Of a stretch of 64,000 bases of DNA, positions 23,401 to 33,874 are shown in pieces. The DNA lies in assembly GCF_016433145.1 (NCBI RefSeq), contig NC_058133.1, forward strand, positions 35,152,492 to 35,216,491, given 5' to 3'. The position numbers were made by a program, and so were the translations under genes. Below the pieces are notes generated by a model. The model was given only the letters and a program-made list of their open reading frames with translations. It searched no databases and was not told where the DNA came from. Position 1 is the first letter of the stretch, and each line of letters opens with the position of its first letter. The DNA comes from Gracilinanus agilis (taxonomy: Eukaryota).

Positions 23401-26400
23401 CAAATTCTATTGAAATAAGTGATCAAAAAACAACCAAAAAAAACCAAGTTGACAGCCTCCCTATCCCCAACCAAGAATCCCTGAGCTATAGTGTCTTCCT
23501 CCAAAATTGCTTTGTGCCCATTTGGTATGTTTTTGCTTTGCAGAGTGTCAGGCATATAGCAAGCACCTAATAAATGCTTACTGACTGCTTGAGAGTGGCC
23601 TGTGATTTCTCCTTGCTAAAGGCAAAACAGCTGCCTGCATGATGGCTTATCTTTCCAGAGCTGGCAGATGGGAGGAGGGAGCCACTTATCCTGGCCCTGA
23701 CCATAGGCTGGCCCCTCATCTGAGAATTCAGAGAGGAGAGAAGTCTGCCTGGATAAAGGCTGATGTGCCCCACCAGGCATGTTAGGAGAGTAAATCTCAA
23801 AGCATCCAAAGAAAACAAGGATGGCTGATAAAGGTAAGGAATTTTTCAGGGAAAGCCCAAACTCAAATAATTTAGGATAACCTTGTTCAGAAAGTGTCTC
23901 CTGGAGGGATAAGGGAGACAAAGATGAATCAAAAAGCAGTTCCTGTCCTCTTGGAGCTTGAAGTACAGGGGCAGGGAGTGGAAGGAGGGAAAGGCAACAC
24001 AGGTTAATCGGAAGAGATGGAGAATAGGAGAGCTGGCTCAGCTAGCTGGCTGCCATCTAGCCTTCTGGGATTTATGTCACAAGACTCCCCTTCCTCACTG
24101 AGGCTCTCCATTCCTACTCAGCACCGTCATCAAGCAAAGATTTAACCTCACTAAATCATTACTTAGTGTTTACTTACCTGCAGTACACAATGGTATCTCC
24201 TGGGGGCCGATTGGGACAAGGTGGCTTTTGTCTCACTTTCCCAAGCACCTGGCCAGGTGCCTTACAGCAGGGAGTGGACATGTTTGTTAAACTGAATAAC
24301 TTTTGCACTTAGAAGGGCAGAACAATCAGGCAGCTACTACTGCCCCAGATTCCTTCCCGGCCTAGGCTCAGGAAGAGACTGCTCAGATTCTGAGACAACT
24401 GGCACATTGAATCAGCAACCCAGAGAAGTGGACAAAGCACCTACTACATTCCAAGCCCAGTGTTATATTCTGAGAATCCAAAGAAAAGCAAAATCTGCCT
24501 CTGCCCTCAAAGGTATCCCATTCTAATGGGGGAAGAGAAGCTTTCCTGGGCCACTGACTAGAGAGCTGGCCTCAGGGCAACAGACTGGGGTTCAGATCTC
24601 TCTGACATCTACAGGCGGACATCTACTGACTCTGGGCAGGTCAGGGCTCAGTTAGCACCAGACAATTAGAAGGTGAGACCTGTATTGGCAGAGAGAGGAG
24701 TTTCCAATACAGGACAATGACCATACAAGCCCACTCCTCTAAAAAGCAGTCCAGACCACCCAGCCTTTCCACTGTACTCTGTCACACCCCAGAGGGTTCT
24801 TTCTTCTCCTGAACCCCTTCCTTTTGGGTGTTATCTCCCCCATGAGATGGTAAGATCCCTGAGGGCAGGGGTTCTTTCTTTTTAGTATCTGTTTCCAGTG
24901 CTGGGCACACAATAGACACCTAATAAATGTTTACTGACTGACTGGCTAATCACACACAAAGCAGACACCAGGAGAGAACACAAGCTTTCCAAGAGGCTTG
25001 GAAAGACTTCCTGAAGAAGGGGAAATTTGAGCTGAATCTTGAATAAGAGGAGGGAAAATATTCCATGTATGGGGGAAAACCAAGGCAAAGGTGCAGTCAG
25101 GAACTGTTGGGCTCTGTGTGAGAGGCAGGTAGTGAGCCAAAGTGGTGGGATCCATAGAGTTTGATCCTAAGAATCCTTGGAGCTGACCAAGGTGGGGGTG
25201 GGGTGGGTGGTGCAGGGGGGATGATATGGTCGGACCTGCCCTTTGGAGGCTGAATTCAGGAAGGAATGGAGTGGAGCGTGAAGAAGGCAGGGCTGAAGGC
25301 TGAAGGTGATGAGGTTGGTAGTGGTGCCAGAGGACAGAAGGGGCCCTTATGAAGGTAGAATCAACAGATCTTGGCAACAGACTGGATGTGAGGGGAGGGC
25401 TAAGAGAGAATGAGGAGTCAAAGATGACAAAGATTAAGAAGATAACCAAGCCTGAAGGTCTGCATGACTGAGAGGCTGGTGGTGCCCTGCACAGTCATAA
25501 GGACACTGGGCAATGGGGAGGGCTGGAGGGGAAAGACAATGAGTTTTAGATAGGGCATGTTGAATTGGAGATGCCTCTGGGACTAGCTGGTGGCGATGTC
25601 CAGGCTCAGTCAGGAATTGGAGGGCTGTGTATGAGAAAGGGGGTGGGGGATGGGGCCTGGACTCTGGAGGGCTTCAGATGGCATCATCAAGGCAGCTGGT
25701 AGAAGATGGGCAGTCAGGAGAGAGGTTTGAGCTGGGCAGCTGGGGCCTGGATCATTCCAATGGCTCATAATGTCTAACTTCGTTCAGAACAAGTCCTGCT
25801 GGGTCATCTTTAACAGGATTATTAAGTAGGTATGTGTGGCCCCTTCCCAAAAGCACAAAACACAGAGTTCCTTCCAAAGGAAGCCCATCCTCTGAAAATA
25901 ATTATCAGGAGATTTTCAACAAACCAAGTTCCCAGACTTGAGGTTATCCAGGTTTATCTGACCATGACATTCCCTGCTCAACAAAGTGCTGTGGCGCCTC
26001 CTGACTCCAGGATTACACTAAACTCTTCCTGGTGACCCTTAAGCCCCTCACCACCTGTCTTCCCGCCCCAGCAGGCGGGGCACTGCCTTCCTTTCTGTCC
26101 CTCGCAGCGGACCTGCTCCAGGCCTTGGCATCGTCTACCCCACGTGTCTGGAGGCTCTTCTTCCTCCTCTTCCCCCTCTTCTCCCCGCCCCCCATCCGGC
26201 TGCCTCCTTCAAGAAGATGAGGCCAGGACGGCAGCCGCAGCTCCGAGGAGGGGGATGGAGAGCGCTGCTTAGAAGACTCCTCCCGCTCCTACTCTGCAAC
26301 CATCTACAGCACGGCGGGGCGGGGCGGAGTTAGGAGGGGTGGTCAGGCTCAGGCACGCAGGGGCCTGGGGGAGGGGCATCTACCTGAATCGCGCCGGGAA

Positions 26401-29400
26401 AAGGCGCCGCAACACGAGACCGAGACCCAGGAGGCCACCGAAGCTCAGCGTCAGCACAGTGCTCGTCACCACGGAGATCCAACCTAGCAGGGGGGTCCGG
26501 GTCGCGAAGGTCAGAATGGCTGGGCCAGAGCGCCTCCTTTCTCCGACCGACCGACCGCCTCGCCCTGGCCCCGCCCCCTTTCTCACCCAACGCTGCCATA
26601 CCCGCCCTACCTCGCCCTCTGGAGCGCATTGCGCAGCCGCGGCCCTCTCCGCCCCAGCCCCTCACCGCGGTCCGGCGCCATCTCCACGAGCGCAGGCGCA
26701 GACCAGGCGCTCCAAGGTCCGTAATAGGTGGGGCCGTCTGGCCGTGCACGCAGCTGCAGCCTGTACTGGGCTCCTGGGCGGAGCTCCAGCATCTCTCCCA
26801 GCGCATCCGGAGGCGGCTCCAGCACCTACACCGAACCGTGCGGAGGGGGCGGGGGCAGAGGCCTTCAGCGGCTTCTGATTGGTCCGCGTGCACAGTCATC
26901 GTGGACGGGGGGAGGAGTTTGACACACCTTTGTCCTACCCTACCGACCCTCTCCTCACACTCTCTTGCTTGTCCGGTCATCCTCGCACCTCCCTATTTTC
27001 CCCTCTTCCTGATTCAGCCTTCTTGCCACGCATCTCTTGACACTCCCGTGCCTAGCGGCTCGGATGTTCTTACACGGACCTCCCACGCAGAAGCTGATCG
27101 TGAATACACCCCGACACTTTGGCGCAGTCGCCACACGGATGTTGCCATCCCGACATAACCACGCCGGGATACCCCAAGGGAGGCTGCCACCCCTTCGCTT
27201 ACATATCCTCTACAGCCTGGCCCCCACGAGCTGCCCACACTCCCATGCATTCCCTTCCCGGCTTGCCCAGCACGCCTGATGGCAGTGCAGTGAGGCTCCG
27301 GCAACAGGGGCTCAGGAGCTGGGACCTCGAAGCCCTCACCTTCCAGTGTCTGTGCTTCTGCCCGGAGTAACGGAGCTGATAGTGGGTCTTCCCAGGAAGC
27401 CAGGGCAAAGGTGGCCTCCAGCTCAGCTTGAGCTGTCCACCCTGTCCAGCTGTCCACTGCAGCTGTGGGGCTTCAGTGAGAACTGGAGAGGCAGGAGAGA
27501 GGGCGGGAGCAGCACTCAGGGCCGTTATGGGGGTGTGCAAAGGTTTGGGGTTCAGGAGGAGAGGGTGTGGGAGCTGAGGAGAGGGCCGGGAAGATAGTGT
27601 CTCACCAATTTGATGCATCCAGAAGGGAGTGCCAAGGAACTGATGGATGGTCCCCTGCTCATTGGTTATTTCCACCAGGATGTGAATGGTGCTGTCATTT
27701 TGGGACTCGAAGTGACATTGGGAGACTGAGGTTTCCTCTTCCCTGGAGTCCATTTTCTTACATTTCTTCCATGCTGGACCCCTGTGGAGAAACCCCCTCC
27801 CCCCACCATGGCCCATGATAGGCTTACTGAGGTCCTGAGTCATTTTTAAAACCCTTTCTTTCTGACTTAGTAACAATTCTAAGATAGAAGGGCAAGGGCT
27901 AGGCAAACAGGGTTAAGTGACTTGCACAGGATCACACAGCTAGGAAATGATGCCAGCTTTGAACCCAGGACCTCCCATCTCCAGGCCTGGCTCTATCAAC
28001 TGAGATACCTAGCTGCCCTTCAGAACCATTTATTTAAAAAAAAAATCCTTACTTTCTGTCTTAGAATCAATACTATATATTAGTTCCAAAACAGAAGAGT
28101 GATGAGGGTGAGACAATAGGGGTTAAGTGACTTGCCCAAAGTCATCCAGCTAAGAGATGTCTGTGGTCAGATTTGAACCCAGGATACCTCTGGTCTCTAG
28201 ACCTGGTTCTCAATCTACTGAACGACCTCACTGCCCCTTGTTCGGGGCCATTCTTAACAAGGCTGTTCCTAACTGGTCCCATCCCTGGCACTCAGCCCAC
28301 ATAGCCAATCTATTGTCGGGTTGTGTTGCCCTGGTGCAGACCCTCCACTCCTCACTTGGGTGATTGCAAGCCTCCTAATTGGTCTTTCTGCTTCTGTCGG
28401 AGGAACCCTTCTAAAATGTAAGTCTAATCCCATCCCTCCCTTTCCTACTCACATTGAGTGGCTCCCTGTCCCCTCCAGGATCACAGAAACCCTGTATGGC
28501 TCCTCTTTCACTTCCCTCTTTTCCATGCACTCAGGGATCCAGTGGCTCTGGCCTCTTTGCTCTTCCTTGGGCTTGACACTGCACTCCCCCACCTCTGTGC
28601 TGTTATACTGGCTTTGGCCTACTCCTGGAATGGTCTACACCTTCATCTTCACTTCCTGGCTTCCTTTCAACACTCAGCACAAAGCCCTACCGTCCTCCCC
28701 ATCTCAGGTGGCCTTCCGTCCAGCCTGTGCCTCTCTTAATATGTACATGGCTGTGTGCATGCTATCTCCTCCATTAGAATGTGAGCTGCTTTTGCCTTTC
28801 TTTGTATGCCCCCACTTAGCTCAGTGCCCAGGACGGGGGAAAGTGCTTGATAAATGAATGCCTGTTGATTGACTGCTTGACGTGTCCTGGTTTGGGAGGG
28901 CCAAAGAGCCTAGCTGGTCAGGATCCTGCCCCCTTCGGAAGAGCCCAGTGAGTCCAGGCAGGGCTGAGGCCTGCTTCTGTAGGGGAAGGCCTGATCATGG
29001 ACAGCTCACCTGACTGCCCATCACCTGCTCTGGAGATTATTGTTGTAGCCATCCCCAACGATAGGCCCACTGTGGACCAGTGTACTGCCATCTGCTGTGC
29101 AAAGTTCAGCATGGCAAAGCTTGAAGGGGCTTCTCCTTAGTAGAATCTCTCAGCTATGAAACCGTGGTAAGAAATGCAGGCCGGGGCCCTGAGTCATTCT
29201 GCAGGACATCATGCCAAAGCAATTGTTTGGGTTAAGTCTTTTTTGTCCTGGACCTGGCTCTTGATCTCCAGCAGTTCAGAGAACGGCCGGCCTGGTCAGG
29301 AAGGAAAGACAGGGCTTGCTTGTCCAGGGTGGCTTGAAGTGGATGGGAATAACCCAATACCTGGGGATAGCTACCCCCCCTACCAAGTCCTTGAAGACTA

Positions 29401-30130
29401 AGGGGAGGAGTTCTAGAGCAGCCCCATGGACAGGATCACTGCCACTCAGTTATTATACCCATTTTAAAGGTCAGAGGCAGGCTCATAACCCAGGTGTCTT
29501 CGTCCACTTCTTTCATTTACCACCCTCCCACCCATAACCAATTGGTTGTCAAGTTCTATTGATTCTACCCTCATAACTTGTCTCTTTTTTCTCCTCTTTC
29601 TCTCCTCTGACTCTGCTACCATCCTGGTGTAGGTCCTTATGCCAGACCTAGGCCAGCAGCCTGCCCACTGGTCTTCCTGCCATGAGTCTGTCCTGACCTC
29701 AGTATGTTCTTTACACAACTGTCAGAATAATCTTTCTAAAAGACAGTTCTGAGTGTACTGTCCCCCCCAAATCAATTCCAGCTGTTTCCTATTGCCTCCA
29801 TGCTCAGATAAAAAGTCCTCTGTTTGGCTTTTTAAGGACCATCAAGGCCTGGTCGCCTCTTACTTTTCCAGTCTTCTTATGTCTTACTTTCTCTATCTTT
29901 CCTGCCCCCATCCACACACTGAAATCCAGGGATCCTGGCACTGATTATCAAGGCACTGGTTGTTCCCCCTGCCCCAGGCCTGGTATTCTCTTCTCCCTCA
30001 TCTCTGCCTCCTGACTTCCTGTAGGTCTCAGCTAAAATTCCTCCTTCTGAAAGAAGCCTTCTCCAGCCCTCCTTAATCCTAGTGGTTATCCTATATAATC
30101 CCCCAGGTTATCCTGTCTATATCTTCTTGT

Positions 30131-30174
<44 letters not shown>

Positions 30175-33100
30175 TACATACATACATTGTTGTTTGCATG
30201 TTGTCTCCCCCCTTAGACTGTGAGCTCCATGAAGGCTCTTGTCTTTCTTTCTTTGTATTCCCCAGGGTGCTTAAGCACCATGCCTGGCATACTTCATAAA
30301 TGCTATTTGGAGGGGATAGCTGAGTGGCTCAGTGCATAGAGGGCCAGGCCTAGAGATAGGAGGTCCTAAGTTCAAATCTGGCCTTAGGCACTTCCTAGCT
30401 ATTTGACTTGGCTAAGTCACTTAACCTGCATTGCCTAGCTCTTACTGCTCTTCTGCCTTGGAACCAATATGCAGGATTGATTCTGAGACAGAAGGTATGA
30501 GTTTTAAAAAATAAATGCTAATTGGCTTGACTTAACTTTACCAAGAATAAAGAAAACTAATCAATTCTCTTGGTGTGAAGTCAAAGAGACCTACTCAGGT
30601 CCAAAAGTCTCTTTCTTATGAGGAATTTTCAGGGCTTCCGCCTCTTCTTTCTCATTAAGTCCCAAGTCTCAGAATTAGGAGCATTTCCCAAACCACAGCT
30701 CTGTTTCCAGGTAAATTCCTCAGCCATCATCTATGAAAGAGACCTTAGTAGAGAATTGGTCCTCCATCCTTACTCCCACCAACTGAAGACCAAATGCAGC
30801 AAAGAATCCTGAGGAAGAGATGAGTTGGCACATGCCAGGTGGGTCAAACCAATACCACTTCCTTTCAGAATAGACAGCCAGAACAAGACACCATGAGACC
30901 AGGAACTATCAGTACTCTGTTCTCCCTACTTCCTTCCCCCCTCCCCAGACCACTAGGTCCTGCTTCCAGTCTTGTCTCTACAGCCATCATCCCAGAGAAG
31001 AAACCTCTGGAAAGGCAAGACCTGACAACTGCTTCTGTAGGAGCTTCAGCACCCGCCTTCCCAGAAGCCATAGTGACAAAAGCCCTAAAAATGAATGCTC
31101 TTCCCTCAAAAAGGCATTGGCACGTCCAAACACCAGAAACAGAGAAGGGTTTATCAAAGGAAATTACCATAAAGAAGATTCATGGCCATCTGCCCTTCTG
31201 CTGTGTTCTAAGGTCTCATTTCCCTCAGCTGACTTGGAGCTGAGACCTCCTATATGTATTGTCTCCACCTATTACCACAGCAAGAACAGAGGCTGTCTCA
31301 TTTTCTATTTGTACCAATAGCACTTTGTACACAGAGAGCATTTCACAAGCTATTTTTCATTTCTTGGTTTAATTCCCTTGGGAGCCATTATCATCACTAA
31401 CCAGAAGCCTGTAGATTCTTTCCTAGTCTCTCTTCTGTGCTCTCTTCTCAGATCATCCACCGCTTATTGGAGATTTCAGATTGGAGGTCTCAAAGAAATC
31501 CCAAACCCAATAAGTCCAAGATGGAATTCCTTCTAGGTTTCCTAAACCCTTCCCTTTCCTTTATACTTCTCTATTCTTTTTAAAGGGACCATCATTGTCC
31601 ATGTTACCCAAATTCACAATCATGATAGAGCACTGGACTTGGAGTCAAGAAAACCTGAATTCAAAACCTGCTTCTGCTGTGTGATCTAAGTAAATCACAA
31701 CCTCTGTCTGTCTCAGTTTCCTCATCTTTAAAATGGGGTTAATAATAACACCTTCCCTCCAGGACTGTTGTTAAGATCAAAGAAGATAATATTTGTAAAG
31801 CTCTTCAGAAATCTTTTTTTTTTTTAACCCTTAACTTCTGTGTAATGGCTCCTAGGTGGAAGAGTGGTAAGGGTGGGCAATGGGGGTCAAGTGACTTGCC
31901 CAGGATCACACAGCTTGGAAGTCTCTGAGGCCGGATTTGAACCTAGGACCTCCCGTCTCTAGGCCTGACTCTCAATCCACTGAGCTACCCAGCTGCCCCT
32001 GCTCTTCAGAAATCTTAAAGAACCATATAAATATGAACCATGATTAGTATTGTTGTTTAGTCATTTTTTCAGTTGTGTCTGACTCTTTATGAGCCCATTT
32101 AGGGTTTTCTTTTTTCTTTTTTTTTTTTCTTTTTTCTTTTTTTAAACCCTTACCTTCCATCTTGGAGTCAATACTGTATATTGGCTCCAAGGCAGAAGAG
32201 TGGTAAGGGTAGGCGATGGGGGTCAAGTGACTTGCCCAGGGTCACACAGCTGGGAAGTGTCTGAGGCCAGATTTGAACCTAGGACCTCCCGTCTCTAGGT
32301 CTGGCTCTCAATCCACTGAGCTACCCAGCTGCCCCCAATTTAAGGTTTTCTTGATAAAGGTTCTGGCCTGGTTTGTCATTTCCTTCTCCAGTTCATTTTG
32401 AAGATGAGGAACTGAGGCAAACAGGGTGAAGTGACTTGCCCAGGGTTACATAGCCAATAAGTGCCTGTAGCCAGATTTGAACTCATGAAGATGAGTCCTC
32501 TTGATTCCAAGTCCAGTGCTCTATCCACTGTACCCAACTAGATGCCCCTATTATTATCATTATTCTTGTCTTTTTACTTTCCCCCATCCCACATAAGCAA
32601 ACAGTGGCCAAATCCTGTTTCTAGTCTGATAGCCTCTCCCTGTTCCCTTCTCTCTACTCACATAGCATTCACCTACCTGGCCAGACTCTCATCACCTTTC
32701 ATCTGGATTACGGTCACAGTGTATTCTCCCTCTCTAACCTATCCTCCTTTGATGCCAAAGTGATTTTCTAAAGTATGGGTCTGACCCTATCAGTCCCCTA
32801 TTGCCTCTAGGAGAAGTCTAAAGTTCTGGGTTTGGCATTCAAAGCTCTTTATCATCTGCCCCCTTCCTATCTTTCCAGACTTCCCTCGATGAACTCCATG
32901 ATCCAGCTCCACCTGCCTGCTTGGGGCTTCTTCCAGTGAATCTCTGCCTCAGCCCTCAGCTCTCCATGCCTACAATGCACTTCTCCCTCATCTCTGTTTT
33001 GGGGAATCCTTGACTTTCTTCAAGTCCGGCTCAGCACTGTCTTTGACATGAGCCTTTTCCTGGTCTTTCTCTACCTCCCGGGGCCTTCTCCTCAACTTCC

Positions 33101-33836
33101 TATTATCTCGAGTCTATAGGAATAGTATTCTCTTCCAGACTAGCCCATGAGCTCCTGGGGAGCAGAGAGCCTGTTTTTGCCTTTTGCCCTTTGTATCAGT
33201 GCTTAGCTCAGTGCCTAGCACATGAAGATGCTTAACCAGTGCTTGTTGGTATGGCCAGGCAGCTCAATGGATAGAAGGCCAGTTCTAGAGATGGGAGATC
33301 CTGAGTTCAAATCTAACCTCAGACACGTCCTAACTCAGCAAGTCATTTAACCCCTATTGCCTGGCTCTTATTGGTCTTCTGCCTTGGAACCAAGATTCTA
33401 AGAGAAGATAAGGGTTTAAAAAAATCAATGCTTGTTGATTGATTGATTCTACAGAGGCAGGTTTAGATGTGGATGGTAAAGGAAAGAGGGTTGACCCCAT
33501 TGGAGCTGCTCTGTGACCCCCAAGAGGGGACAGCTCTCTCTCCTTCATTTAATCTGGAGCCTCTGTGACCCTAGGCCCAGGCCTCTCCTCACCCCAGACT
33601 TCCAGCCCTGCTGTCTCACCCCTGCCTGCTCACCTGTCTCCAGGGCAGCTGCCAGCAGTCCTCCAGTGGTAGAAGTAGCCATGGGAGGTGGTGGAATGGG
33701 CTGGTCCTTGCCACTGGCATGTGACACGTTCCAGGTCCTGAGTGAAGCAGTGCAGCCCAATCTCCCCTGGGCCAGGAGAGAGAGACTGTGCTGGGCCCCA
33801 GCCAAACGTCCCTCCCTCCCTGGTCCCCAGTACTTC

Positions 33837-33874
<38 letters not shown>

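Noticed and set aside
26056-26303. This segment as the true MPL exon 11
   Set aside because: It has no Box1 and stops early; the real exons 11-12 were found at 17944-17854 and 17774-17418.
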